Below are positions 28,861 through 38,210 of a DNA stretch of 58,095 bases, piece after piece (within the stretch, counting starts at the first letter, position 1; every line of letters starts with the position of its first letter). Below the pieces are notes generated by a model. That model saw only the letters and a list, made by a program, of their open reading frames with translations. It made no database searches and had not been told where the DNA came from. A program made the translations under genes and the position numbers. This DNA comes from an uncultured Bacilli bacterium (GTDB lineage: Bacteria; Bacillota_I; Bacilli_A; RF39; UBA660), in the NCBI GenBank assembly GCA_947623825.1, contig CANQHQ010000004.1, positions 1-58,095 on the forward strand, given 5' to 3'.

Positions 28861-31800
28861 TTATTCTGATTTGTGACTCCCTGTATGTCTTGACCACCAA
28901 GCATCATAGGTAGTTTTAAATTCTTGTAATTGTTTTAAGCCTGTAGTTTCATCTACACTCTCACCTAAAATTACTTTTACAGGATCCTCTACTTTGGTAG
29001 TTTCAAAATCTTGGAAAGCTAAATCAATCTTACGATTTTGTTTACTATTAATAGTAATATCCGTTACCATGCTAGTAACATAATTATCTTTGTTAACTTT
29101 TACGGTAAGTTCAAGATCACTATCTACTGTATAGGCTATTTTTTCATCACTATCAGGATCAAACATAGGATCATATCTATTATTTAGCCATCTCGTTAAG
29201 TATTCTTTTGAAATAATTACTTTATAGCAAGCTTCATCACCTGAAGATTCAGGTAATTTAGTAACTTCTTTTATACTATCGATATCAACTAAGATTTTAA
29301 GTTCTCCTACGCCAATACCAGAGTAACCTCCAAAGCTATATCTCCAACCATTTAGATATACGCCTGTATCATCTACAGTAATACCATCTTTTCCTTTATC
29401 TTTATTAATTGTATAGAACTCAAAGGTATCACTATGAGCAATTGAATGATCAGTTAACTTATCGTATTCATCCACTGGATAATATTTATTTCCTTTTAGA
29501 CTAAACGTATAAGCTTTAGTTCCTGGAATATCACTATCTGACCATACAGTATATTTGCGATTTAAATCTTTATCGTATTTTTCAACGTAGAAATCATTTT
29601 TCGATGGTAAAACATTTTTTGATGTTATAGTTAAACTTCTTACGTCGTAAGTACGATTCGCTGCTAATTGAACTTGGTCTTTTTCATTTAAAGCTAAATT
29701 ATTGTAATCCACGGAATAAGTAGATGGTGTATAATCGTCGCTTTCTGGACCATCCTTATCGATAACGATTGTATATACACGATTATCTACTGAAGTTGCT
29801 GTTAATTCAAGTTCGACTGTTTCATCGTTTCCTATCTGATTAATAGCTGAAATACTTGCTACCATAGGATTTTCCGTGAAGGTACTACCATTATATAAAT
29901 ACGTTTGTGTAGTTTCACCTAATGTAGTTGTAATCGTTGTTTCATTAGGAATAAGGTCTTTTGTCTGGACAGCAATTTTGAACTTATCATTTAAAGTTTC
30001 TTGATTATCGTTAAGAAGTCCTGCAACGTGAATTGTATAGCCATCTTGGTTTGTACGTACACCAGCATTTTCGGTAGTTTGAACACTCATCTTCGTAGCT
30101 TCTTTAAGTTCTAATCCACCGATATTCAAATAATAAGTTTCACTATCGTATTCTATACCCTCACCATCGATATCTACAGTAATAGGAATAAAGCATTCTT
30201 TACTTTGACTATCTTCTTTACATTTAGCAACGTTATCTTTGTTCAAAGAATATAAAACAGTTAAACTATCTCCTTCATTAGCAAGCGTAATTGTTTTTTG
30301 TTTATGATCTAAGAATGCTGGATCCGTTGTCACTTTACAATTTTCTCCAGTCTTGCATGAAATTGAAATCGTTGTTTTACCTGGCATTACTAAACTAGGC
30401 TTCACGTTATAGACAAAGTAATAACCTGTCTTTTCTTCACCTTCAAAAACTTTTACTTTATCTTCCATTAACCTATTAATAGTTCCTCTTAAAGTGTAAC
30501 CATTATATTTAGAATCGGTAGATTTTTCTAACGTAACATCGTAGTTAGCTGGAAATGTATAACCATAATCACCTGTAATAGTAGCTAAGTCTTCTTGTGG
30601 TAAAAGTTCTTTATTTACAACTGATATTTCTTCAGATACTTTTTGGAACGTAATTTCTGTTAAATCCATACGAATAGTATAAGGTTTATAATCCTCATTA
30701 TTTGGTTCCATATCTACAACGATATCAAATGAATTATCGTCTTTATTAGGATCTAACCATTTTAAAAGATCTATTTCATCTACACCTACGTAACCATCAC
30801 CTTTTAATTCACTACCTGCAACTGTTACAACAGAATTTTCCGTCATTGCTTTTGGTAATTTAATAGCATAACCCATGTAATATCCAGTCGTTTGTGTAGG
30901 TTCAAAAATATTATCTTTCGTTAAATTAATTTTTGCAACTTGACCAGTTACTTTAACCGTATTATCTGTTTGACTAAATTTAAGGGTATGAGCTGCATTT
31001 GCAGTCCAACCATAAGTACTTGTTAAAGAAGTTTGACCTGCTGAATCAAGTTCAGCAACATTTGATTTTGATTCTTTAATAAGTTTTAATTCCGTATAAT
31101 CAAATGTATATTCTACTGGACCATACTCTCTTTTTGCAGCACCATCACTATCGACTGTTATTTTAAATTGTTTGCTTTCTGTATCTGTTAATTGAAGAAT
31201 GATAGTGAACTTATCTTCGACTAAGCTATTGTAACCTACCGTTTTAGTTCCACCAGCACATCCAAGACAAGGAATTGTAATTTCTATATCTTCTGTAATT
31301 TTTTCTGGACTAAGTGTAAATACAACGAATTTTCCAGTTGTTGCATCTCCATTAAATCCTTTCAACGTTTTTTCAACGACTGAGCCATTGAATTTCAAAA
31401 CGCCGTTTTCTTCATCTAAGGTATACGTATCATTCTGAGATCTAACATAATCAAAACTATTTTTTAATGAGTTGACTTCATCTTGTGGAATATTTTCATG
31501 TGAGAAAGTTGCAACTGTATCTTTTTCAACTGTAAGTCCCGATACATCGATCGTATAAACTGTTGGTTCATATTCTGTGCCGTTGCCATCGATATCCACA
31601 GTTAGTTTTAATTCCTTCGTTTTTCCTGGATTATAAGATACTAAAATTGCAATCGTCGAACTACCGTTGCTATTCTGGATATCCCATGCATCCCATGAAA
31701 CTGACTTTTCCCCTATTTTTAAAGTCGTATTCTCATTTGCTCCCTCAACTGTTAAGGCATAAGCAAAATAGTAACCTGTAACCTCATCATCTGGGAAAAT

Positions 31801-32403
31801 AGTATTATCAATCGTTGTATTTTTTAATAAGTGACCAGTTATTTTACCACTAAATTTTCCAGTACTCTCGTATTTTAAATTTTGAGTTGATTGGCCATTA
31901 CCATCATATTTTACACTTGTTAAATAGTTTTTTAAGACTTCTTCCGTAGTTGTTTTTTCTAGATCCACTGTCATCTTAGCTTGTTCAGCAATAAATTGAT
32001 AATCGATATAGCGAATATCTACGCTTTTGCTATCGCTTAAATCTAATTTTTCTTTTCCTAATGCTGTAGTTGGAGTTTCCCATCCAGTGTAGGTAAAGTT
32101 TTCTGATTTTCTAGCGATTTTATAAACAGCCATTTTACCATAAACTGGTTTGTCGTTTGTTTTTCCATCCTCTGGCGTAATTCCTTGAATACTTTTCGCT
32201 GCAACCATCAAATCTTGGGCAGTTAATTTGTGCTTCGAGGTAAACGCATACTGTCCTACAACATATACATATTCTGCTGTCGATTCCTTTGCTTCTACTT
32301 CTTTTCCTAATTCCTCCAATGTCATTTGCCTTGCATAGGCTGGAGTAATAGACAAAAAGAAAGCAACCAAAGCAAAAAATGTAAGTTTGATTCCTTTCCT
32401 CAT
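28861..32403 (-). CDS. Giant secreted repeat protein (1180 aa), paralogue of the 1934-aa protein
   Basis: Signal peptide ...TPAYA|RQ and the same conserved N-terminal domain. Five modules end near aa 292, 441, 587, 766 and 905 (VDIDGNGTEY, VDSDGAAKREY, VDMEPNNEDY, VDIDGEGIEY, IDKDGPESDDY). The 18 nt spanning SD and start codon (CATTTTCTTTTCTCCTTT on plus) are identical to those at 28201-28218. Confidence 0.9.
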   Translation of the reverse strand: MRKGIKLTFFALVAFFLSITPAYARQMTLEELGKEVEAKESTAEYVYVVGQYAFTSKHKLTAQDLMVAAKSIQGITPEDGKTNDKPVYGKMAVYKIARKSENFTYTGWETPTTALGKEKLDLSDSKSVDIRYIDYQFIAEQAKMTVDLEKTTTEEVLKNYLTSVKYDGNGQSTQNLKYESTGKFSGKITGHLLKNTTIDNTIFPDDEVTGYYFAYALTVEGANENTTLKIGEKSVSWDAWDIQNSNGSSTIAILVSYNPGKTKELKLTVDIDGNGTEYEPTVYTIDVSGLTVEKDTVATFSHENIPQDEVNSLKNSFDYVRSQNDTYTLDEENGVLKFNGSVVEKTLKGFNGDATTGKFVVFTLSPEKITEDIEITIPCLGCAGGTKTVGYNSLVEDKFTIILQLTDTESKQFKITVDSDGAAKREYGPVEYTFDYTELKLIKESKSNVAELDSAGQTSLTSTYGWTANAAHTLKFSQTDNTVKVTGQVAKINLTKDNIFEPTQTTGYYMGYAIKLPKAMTENSVVTVAGSELKGDGYVGVDEIDLLKWLDPNKDDNSFDIVVDMEPNNEDYKPYTIRMDLTEITFQKVSEEISVVNKELLPQEDLATITGDYGYTFPANYDVTLEKSTDSKYNGYTLRGTINRLMEDKVKVFEGEEKTGYYFVYNVKPSLVMPGKTTISISCKTGENCKVTTDPAFLDHKQKTITLANEGDSLTVLYSLNKDNVAKCKEDSQSKECFIPITVDIDGEGIEYDSETYYLNIGGLELKEATKMSVQTTENAGVRTNQDGYTIHVAGLLNDNQETLNDKFKIAVQTKDLIPNETTITTTLGETTQTYLYNGSTFTENPMVASISAINQIGNDETVELELTATSVDNRVYTIVIDKDGPESDDYTPSTYSVDYNNLALNEKDQVQLAANRTYDVRSLTITSKNVLPSKNDFYVEKYDKDLNRKYTVWSDSDIPGTKAYTFSLKGNKYYPVDEYDKLTDHSIAHSDTFEFYTINKDKGKDGITVDDTGVYLNGWRYSFGGYSGIGVGELKILVDIDSIKEVTKLPESSGDEACYKVIISKEYLTRWLNNRYDPMFDPDSDEKIAYTVDSDLELTVKVNKDNYVTSMVTDITINSKQNRKIDLAFQDFETTKVEDPVKVILGESVDETTGLKQLQEFKTTYDAWWSRHTGSHKSE

Positions 32404-32427
32404 TTTCTTTTCTCCTTTATCTTCATT

Positions 32428-33351
32428 TTAGCGATACTCTACTGTTGCATTTACGCAATTACCTGCTGTAAAACATACTTGTGCATTTCCTACGCCTGTA
32501 TTTACTGAGTCGGCTGCAACCGTTCCAGCATTTTTATGTACTTCTTTTCCATTGTAGATAAATCCAACGTAATCACTGAATGTAGTTCCATCTTTTTGTA
32601 CTTCAAAAGTATACTGCATCACTCCACCTGTTAGTTCTTGATGAATTGCCGTTAATATTACCTTATACACTGGGTCAGGTATTGGCGTCGGTGTTGGTGG
32701 AACTGGGGTTGGAGTTGGCGTTGGATTGGATGGACGACTACTTGGTTTTTTTGTCGGTGCCGGAGTTTCTGTTGGTGTAGGCGTTGGTTTTGGTTCCTCT
32801 GTCACGGTTACCGTACATGAAGCCTGATACTTTCCATCTTTGCTTCTAACAGTTATCGTCACTACTCCACTTTTTAGTCCTATGATATTTCCATCTTTAT
32901 CTACGGTTGCAATACTTTCATCACTTGAAACGTATTCCAAATCATCCTCTGATAACCCTTCTGGTAAGGACAAAATATCTAACTTTGCTGTCTCATCCAC
33001 TTTTAGATTCATTTTTGACAAATCTAGTTCTATCTCATCTAAACTCCAATGTGCTTTCAAAGTTATATCTTTCGTAATCTTCGTATCGAAATCAAATAAT
33101 TTATCTTCATAGTACCAACCTGCAAATTGATATCCTTCTTTCGTCGGATTGACTGGCTTATCGATGCGATCATTCTCTTTCACTGTAACACTCTCAATCG
33201 CACTCCCTCCGTCGACATCAAACGTTACTAAATATTCCGGTGTTTTTGTACACCCTTTCATCAATAAAAAGATAACAATTCCAATGATTAGAACGATGAT
33301 AGCAATAGTGAAAATCATTTTAGTATTATGGTTTTCATTTGGTTTACTCAC
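32428..33351 (-). CDS. N-terminally anchored surface protein: Flg_new (Listeria/Bacteroides) repeat, Big_2 Ig-like domain, Pro/Thr linker, unknown C-terminal domain
   Basis: TM helix at aa 12-32. YLVTFDVDGG...GYQFAGWYYEDKLFDF (Flg_new). LKVDETAKL...VSSDESIATVDKDGNIIGLKSGVVTITV (Big_2). PTPTPT linker. GTG start with an AGGAGG SD. Confidence 0.85.
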   Translation of the reverse strand: MSKPNENHNTKMIFTIAIIVLIIGIVIFLLMKGCTKTPEYLVTFDVDGGSAIESVTVKENDRIDKPVNPTKEGYQFAGWYYEDKLFDFDTKITKDITLKAHWSLDEIELDLSKMNLKVDETAKLDILSLPEGLSEDDLEYVSSDESIATVDKDGNIIGLKSGVVTITVRSKDGKYQASCTVTVTEEPKPTPTPTETPAPTKKPSSRPSNPTPTPTPVPPTPTPIPDPVYKVILTAIHQELTGGVMQYTFEVQKDGTTFSDYVGFIYNGKEVHKNAGTVAADSVNTGVGNAQVCFTAGNCVNATVEYR

Positions 33352-33418
33352 ACTTCTTACCTCCTTTTCTTATTTTATTGATTGAAACAAGAATATAGAC
33401 CCTTTCCAATCTACTTAC

Positions 33419-33448
33419 ATTTTAATATGTACCCCCCCCCCATGTCAA
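33419..33448 (-). promoter_or_regulatory. Putative promoter of the surface-protein operon, with a homopolymeric spacer
   Basis: Minus strand TTGACA (33448-33443), 18-nt spacer T-G10-TACATAT, then TAAAAT (33424-33419). It lies about 60 nt upstream of the SD and GTG at 33351. Confidence 0.55.
33432..33441. repeat. C10/G10 homopolymeric tract
   Basis: Read directly as ACCCCCCCCCCATG on the plus strand. I did not notice any other G/C run of 8 or more in the window. Confidence 0.95.
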
Positions 33449-33493
33449 TACCAATGTTTGGTAAAAGGACTTGCAGTCTATGCAAATTCCTTC

Positions 33494-33940
33494 TTATTTT
33501 TTCTTTATAAATTCATAGTATCGGTAATCTCTTCTTGGCTGCAATTCGAAACCAGCGTTCAGTGCTACACAAATACTTTTTAAATTGCTCGGTTCTATTT
33601 TTAAGGAAACCGTTTCACACTCTCGTTCTAAAAGAAAATCGGATACCTCTTCTACTAATCTAGAAGCATATCCTCTATGTTGATGTCTTGGGTGAAGGGC
33701 ATAAGTCAGTTCTCTTTCTTGAAACTGAGATGTTTCAATTTGAAGAAAACCGATTTTGGTTGTCCCTATTTTAAATATGTAACTCGGTGGGGCATCTTTT
33801 TCAAAAACACGAAAAAGATTTCCAAGATATTTTTGACATTCTTCCTCTTGATTCAAAGTTGTGATCCATTGAATATGACCATTCCCTTCTAGATGAATTC
33901 TCTCGAGACGAAAGGACGGTAATATGATTTCTCTTTCCAT
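33494..33940 (-). CDS. GNAT family N-acetyltransferase
   Basis: HQHRGYASRLVEEV acetyl-CoA-binding motif A pattern, ~150 aa. Start set to the second ATG (SD spacing 7). Confidence 0.85.
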   Translation of the reverse strand: MEREIILPSFRLERIHLEGNGHIQWITTLNQEEECQKYLGNLFRVFEKDAPPSYIFKIGTTKIGFLQIETSQFQERELTYALHPRHQHRGYASRLVEEVSDFLLERECETVSLKIEPSNLKSICVALNAGFELQPRRDYRYYEFIKKK

Positions 33941-34015
33941 CCCCATTCCTCCTTTTTGAATGCCTGTATTATATCATATTTTTCTATAGACTCCAAGAGA
34001 TTTTCTTCTTCCAAT

Positions 34016-34300
34016 TTATTCCTGTTCTTGCTTTTGCATTTCTTCTTTTAATCTCTTTTTTCTTTCTGATTCCTTTAATGTATTTCTACTCAATAGAAGA
34101 ATCACAATTGCTGATATCGTTGGAATCAGTAAAAACATGGTAATTGGAAACCATTGATTCATTCCCGCATAGATGAAACAAGGAATCATACAAATTTCTA
34201 ATCCTACTAAGATAAATAAAAAGATAAGGATTTTTTTGCTTTTCGGTTTCTTTTCTTTACGTTCTTTTTTAATTTTTTCTTCTTTTTCATTCTTTTTCAT
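34016..34300 (-). CDS. Hypothetical Lys-rich two-TM protein
   Basis: K/E-rich termini flank two hydrophobic helices. The ATG at 34300 forms an ATGA overlap with the upstream stop; the longer ORF start at 34366 is also possible. Confidence 0.45.
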   Translation of the reverse strand: MKKNEKEEKIKKERKEKKPKSKKILIFLFILVGLEICMIPCFIYAGMNQWFPITMFLLIPTISAIVILLLSRNTLKESERKKRLKEEMQKQEQE

Positions 34301-34947
34301 TCTGCTTCCCCTTTTACTACTTTTTCTATTTTTTGAATGGTTTGATGTTTTCTCTTCATTTGACAAAATGTGACAGAGGCGACAAAGAAACTTCCTAACG
34401 TTCCCATTCCTAGATCTTCCATCGTATCGTTCACTCCTGTTTCTATCACATACTGTGTATCTCCACCAAAGATTTTATCTGAGAAAAATTCGAAGAATTC
34501 CCAGCCGCAGGCAATCGATACCGCAAAAAGAATGGAGAATAGAAAGATAAATTCTTTTCTTTCTTGTTTCAATAGATGAAATCGTTCTAAAAGAATCCAA
34601 GAAATGAGGACACTCATTTCTCCTGAAATCCAATGCATCAGTAAATCAAACCAAGCGATTCTTTGATAGAATCCTAAAACACTTCCTATACTGAGAGTCA
34701 ATAAAACAAAAAGATAATAACAATTTAGTAATGTTGGACTCGGATGATAGGAAAATATTTTATCTATTAGATATGGTATCATAATTATCGGTAGAATGCT
34801 AGTGGTTGTGAGGATTTTTGCAAGGGACATTGTCGAAAAATGAAAAATCAATTGATAGAACATAATGCATAAAGAAGCAAAAATTAGAATGACATTTAAA
34901 ACGGTTTGTTTTTTATTCAATTTCTTTCTCCCCCATCTCCGCGACAT
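34297..34947 (-). CDS. Multi-pass membrane protein (family not assigned)
   Basis: About 6 hydrophobic segments, with a GWEFFEFFSDKIFGGD motif. Overlaps the rmuC end by 35 nt. Confidence 0.6.
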   Translation of the reverse strand: MSRRWGRKKLNKKQTVLNVILIFASLCIMFYQLIFHFSTMSLAKILTTTSILPIIMIPYLIDKIFSYHPSPTLLNCYYLFVLLTLSIGSVLGFYQRIAWFDLLMHWISGEMSVLISWILLERFHLLKQERKEFIFLFSILFAVSIACGWEFFEFFSDKIFGGDTQYVIETGVNDTMEDLGMGTLGSFFVASVTFCQMKRKHQTIQKIEKVVKGEAE

Positions 34948-35974
34948 CTACTTGATTAATTCTTTCAAATTTCTTTTGAATTTTTTCGGTTGTGATATAA
35001 ACATTTTCTACATCTTTGTTGACGGCTTGAATACTTCTTGCGAGTTTATCCCAACGTTCCTTATAACGAGAGAATTCCGCTCCTAATTTATTTAATTCTT
35101 CATGAATGATACTTGTATACTTATCTTTTTCGATATTTTTAATAATCATTTGAATCACACTGAGTGTGGAAATTAAGGTCGTAGGAGAAACAATCCATAC
35201 TTTCTTTTTATACGAATAATCTATTAAATCTTGATGATAGGCATTGATTTCGGCAAAAATGGCTTCGGCTGGTAAAAATAGAATCGCTTGATCTGCTGTC
35301 ACTCCTTCGATAATGTACTTATTGTGAATAGCATCGATGTGTTTTTTGACATCGTTTTTGAATTGTTTTTCATACATGACTCGTTCTGCTTGAGAAAGTT
35401 TCTTATCTACCATCATTTGATAATTTTCTAAAGGAAATTTCGAGTCAATGGCAATCGTTCCTAACGGTTCTGGGGCGTACAAAATACAGTCTGCAATGGT
35501 GTGATTCGGTAACGGACATTGAAGTTGATAGATGGTATCATTTTTCTCACCAAAGACATTCTCTAAAATATGTTTTAGATTGACTTCTCCAAAAATACCT
35601 CGACTCTTTTTATCGGTTAAAATACTTTCTAGAGAAAGAATATCTCCTGATAAGCTTTCAATTTTCTTTTGGGCTTCGTCAATTTTACTTAATCGTTCCA
35701 ACACGTTCGAAAAGGTTTTATTTGTCTTTTCTAAGTTTTCATCTAGACGAAGATTCACTCTTTCTTGTATCTTGTCTAGACGTTCTTCCATCTTTTCTTT
35801 TAACCCATCAAATTCTTGGTTCATACTTTTCGTGATATTTAATTCAAAACGACCCAATCGTTCGATGACATCTTCTTTTTCTTGGCGATTTCTACTTTCT
35901 TTCCACAATAGAAATAAAAGAATCCCACTGTTAAAAAGAATTCCTACTAAGAGAATGACTTCCATACTACTCAC
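34913..35974 (-). CDS. rmuC: DNA recombination protein RmuC
   Basis: N-terminal TM helix, long coiled coil, and a C-terminal RmuC domain (IADCILYAPEPLGTIAIDSKFPLENY, FLPAEAIF). Confidence 0.85.
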   Translation of the reverse strand: MSSMEVILLVGILFNSGILLFLLWKESRNRQEKEDVIERLGRFELNITKSMNQEFDGLKEKMEERLDKIQERVNLRLDENLEKTNKTFSNVLERLSKIDEAQKKIESLSGDILSLESILTDKKSRGIFGEVNLKHILENVFGEKNDTIYQLQCPLPNHTIADCILYAPEPLGTIAIDSKFPLENYQMMVDKKLSQAERVMYEKQFKNDVKKHIDAIHNKYIIEGVTADQAILFLPAEAIFAEINAYHQDLIDYSYKKKVWIVSPTTLISTLSVIQMIIKNIEKDKYTSIIHEELNKLGAEFSRYKERWDKLARSIQAVNKDVENVYITTEKIQKKFERINQVDVAEMGEKEIE

Positions 35975-36549
35975 CTTACCTTTAATTTTTTTTCTACCAT
36001 GCGAGAAAGAACAAACGATAATAATAACAAAACACTAATGCGAAGAAGAACGGTAATATCCGTTAAACTCTCTAATAAACTTTTTCCAATGTATCCCCAA
36101 AAATAAACCATGACACTCTTTCCGATGAGTAACGCAAAGAAAAACTTTTGAAAAGAATTCTTTGATAATCCGACGGCAATATTAATGAAAAAAGCAGGAG
36201 AAAAAGGAATCGCAATTAAAAGAACGAGGTTCGAAAAAGAAATATTCGAAATCGCTTTCATCATTTTTTCTAATCGCACAGATTGTTTTTTTTCTATGTA
36301 GTGATACCATCGTTTCTGAAACACATTGCGAAAAAGAGAAAAAGAAAGAAGACAACCGAGAATCGTGGAAAGAAGAGACAATACGTATCCAAAAATAGAC
36401 CCAAACGCCATAATATTTAAAGCGATGAATACCGAAAGTGGTAATACAGGGATCACTGACTCTAAAAGAATTAAAATTACGCCTGAAATTGGTCCGAAAG
36501 CAAACATTGTTGTAGTAATTCCCGTTATAAATTCTTCGATTATTTCCAT
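35971..36549 (-). CDS. TVP38/TMEM64 (DedA-superfamily) membrane protein
   Basis: Multi-TM protein with the VLPLSVF...G pattern of SNARE-associated/TVP38 proteins. Start set to the ATG at 36549 (AGGTGA SD 8 nt upstream). Confidence 0.75.
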   Translation of the reverse strand: MEIIEEFITGITTTMFAFGPISGVILILLESVIPVLPLSVFIALNIMAFGSIFGYVLSLLSTILGCLLSFSLFRNVFQKRWYHYIEKKQSVRLEKMMKAISNISFSNLVLLIAIPFSPAFFINIAVGLSKNSFQKFFFALLIGKSVMVYFWGYIGKSLLESLTDITVLLRISVLLLLSFVLSRMVEKKLKVR

Positions 36550-36623
36550 TCTTTTTTTCACCTAGTATTAGTATAATATAGTTTTTTCGTTTTTCGAGAA
36601 AAAGTTCTTTCTTCGACAAAAAT

Positions 36624-37235
36624 TTACTCTTTCGTTGTCACTTTTTTTCGCTTTTTATATATCCATCGAATCAAGAAGAAAAGAAAAAGAAGAAGGATGG
36701 GTCCTTTCATTTTAGAAGTATACTGTTGTAATACAACCCAATGATTTCCTAAATGGTATCCGACGTAGACAAAGGCATAGGTCCATGGAATACTACCGAG
36801 AGTCGTATAAAAGACAAAGGGTAAAAAAGGAAGTCTCGTGAGACCAACGGGAATGGAGATGAGAGTTCGGACAATGGGAAAATTTCTTCCTATCAAAGCC
36901 GCAAACATCCCATATCGTTTAAACCAAGTATCGGCTTTCTCTATGTCTTCTTGTTTCATAAAAAAATATTTCCCGTATTTTTCAATAAAAGGTCTTCCTC
37001 CATAATATCCCATCAAGTAAAGGACAATGGCACAAAAAACACTTCCTAAGAGGCCCGTCAAAAAAGCACCTTCGAATGTAAAAATTCCTTGAGAAGCTAA
37101 AATCCCACCCGTCGCTAAAATAAATTCACTGGGAATGATAATGATTACTGCTTCTAGGACCATCCCTAAAAACATTCCTAGATAACCGTAACTACTAATT
37201 AAAGTAATTAAAAAAGAAGTCATAAGTCTCACCAT
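36624..37235 (-). CDS. DedA family membrane protein
   Basis: GYLGMFLGMVLEAVIIIIPSEFILATGG and RNFPIVRTLISIPVG are typical DedA motifs. The start may be the internal ATG at 37223. Confidence 0.85.
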   Translation of the reverse strand: MVRLMTSFLITLISSYGYLGMFLGMVLEAVIIIIPSEFILATGGILASQGIFTFEGAFLTGLLGSVFCAIVLYLMGYYGGRPFIEKYGKYFFMKQEDIEKADTWFKRYGMFAALIGRNFPIVRTLISIPVGLTRLPFLPFVFYTTLGSIPWTYAFVYVGYHLGNHWVVLQQYTSKMKGPILLLFLFFLIRWIYKKRKKVTTKE

Positions 37236-37261
37236 TATAACTTATGACTTGTCTTCCCTTT

Positions 37262-38038
37262 TTAGAAATTTTCTCCATTTTTTAAGCCGCAATTACTACA
37301 GAAATTTCCTTCGAGTCGATTCCCACATCGCGGACAAAATTTTCTTTCTCGAAAAGCGCGTTCTTTCTTTGAAAAAGTGATTACTTTTCGAATCGAGACA
37401 ATATATAATCCTATCACAAATCCAAGAAAGATTCCGAGTAGCACAATGTGATTTGCGAGTAGTAAAAAATCGAACATGGCATGGAGAAAGGCTGGGATTA
37501 AAAAACTTAGAATGGTGTACTGGATATATTTTCTTTGGTTGCCTTGTATTTTTGCATCCTTCGCTAACGAAAAATAGTATCCCATAAAAATTCCAAAGAA
37601 AGCATGGGCGGGAACGGTTAAAATACTACGGATGATGATAGCCCAGAACCCTGTCGTATAGATATAAATAATATTTTCAATGGTCGCAAATCCTAACGAT
37701 ACAAATGTTGCATAGACGATACCATCAAATAAATAATCATAATTTTTATTTTTATGAAGAAGGAGTTTCGCAAAAAGCCATTTGCTTCCCTCTTCGACAC
37801 AAGCGACTCCAATAAACGTGTAAAGAAAGACACCCCAAAGATTTCCTAAGGAAAAGATGGACCATTTGTCAATACGAGTAAGATAACTCACGAAGATGGT
37901 GAAAGCGGCCGCCATCACTCCTCCAATAAGAGCCTTCACTAACTCTTTTGGTGGTTCTTTTTCTTTTCGATCTGCCCGATAAATGAGATATCCAATAATC
38001 AAACTTGGTAAAGAGGCAAAATAGATGATTGCTCTCAT
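37262..38038 (-). CDS. PrsW family intramembrane metalloprotease with a C-terminal zinc ribbon
   Basis: EEGSKW and HAMFDF motifs in a multi-TM core, with a CPRCGN..CSNCG tail. Start set to the ATG at 38038 (GGTGA SD). Confidence 0.8.
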   Translation of the reverse strand: MRAIIYFASLPSLIIGYLIYRADRKEKEPPKELVKALIGGVMAAAFTIFVSYLTRIDKWSIFSLGNLWGVFLYTFIGVACVEEGSKWLFAKLLLHKNKNYDYLFDGIVYATFVSLGFATIENIIYIYTTGFWAIIIRSILTVPAHAFFGIFMGYYFSLAKDAKIQGNQRKYIQYTILSFLIPAFLHAMFDFLLLANHIVLLGIFLGFVIGLYIVSIRKVITFSKKERAFRERKFCPRCGNRLEGNFCSNCGLKNGENF

Positions 38039-38136
38039 AGTATCACCTATTTTTATCATACTACAAATCTTATTTTCTTAGATAGAATTCCTTGGGAAGT
38101 TGACAAATTTGTACGAAGAAAGTCCTTCTTTTTATA

Positions 38137-38187
38137 AAGAAAAAGAGTATCTACTAGGAACCTAAAATTCCTGTATTCTACTCTTTT
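38137..38187 (-). terminator. Intrinsic terminator after the GLUG gene
   Basis: Minus strand AAGAGTA...AGGAA-N7-TTCCT...TACTCTT compound hairpin followed by TTTCTTTAT. Confidence 0.55.
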
Positions 38188-38210
38188 CCTTTTCTTTTAA
38201 ATTTTTTCTA

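Noticed and set aside
22399-33351. LPXTG/sortase, SLH or choline-binding anchoring of the giant proteins, and nucleotide-level tandem repeats that could drive size variation
   Set aside because: No such motifs appear in the translations. The modules are diverged at the protein level, so they are not recent DNA-level tandem repeats.
36182-36619. 145-aa ORF overlapping the TVP38 gene in another frame, and a plus-strand ORF at 36326-36565
   Set aside because: The TVP38 frame gives a coherent multi-TM protein. The alternatives are low-complexity Arg/Phe/Asn-rich products.
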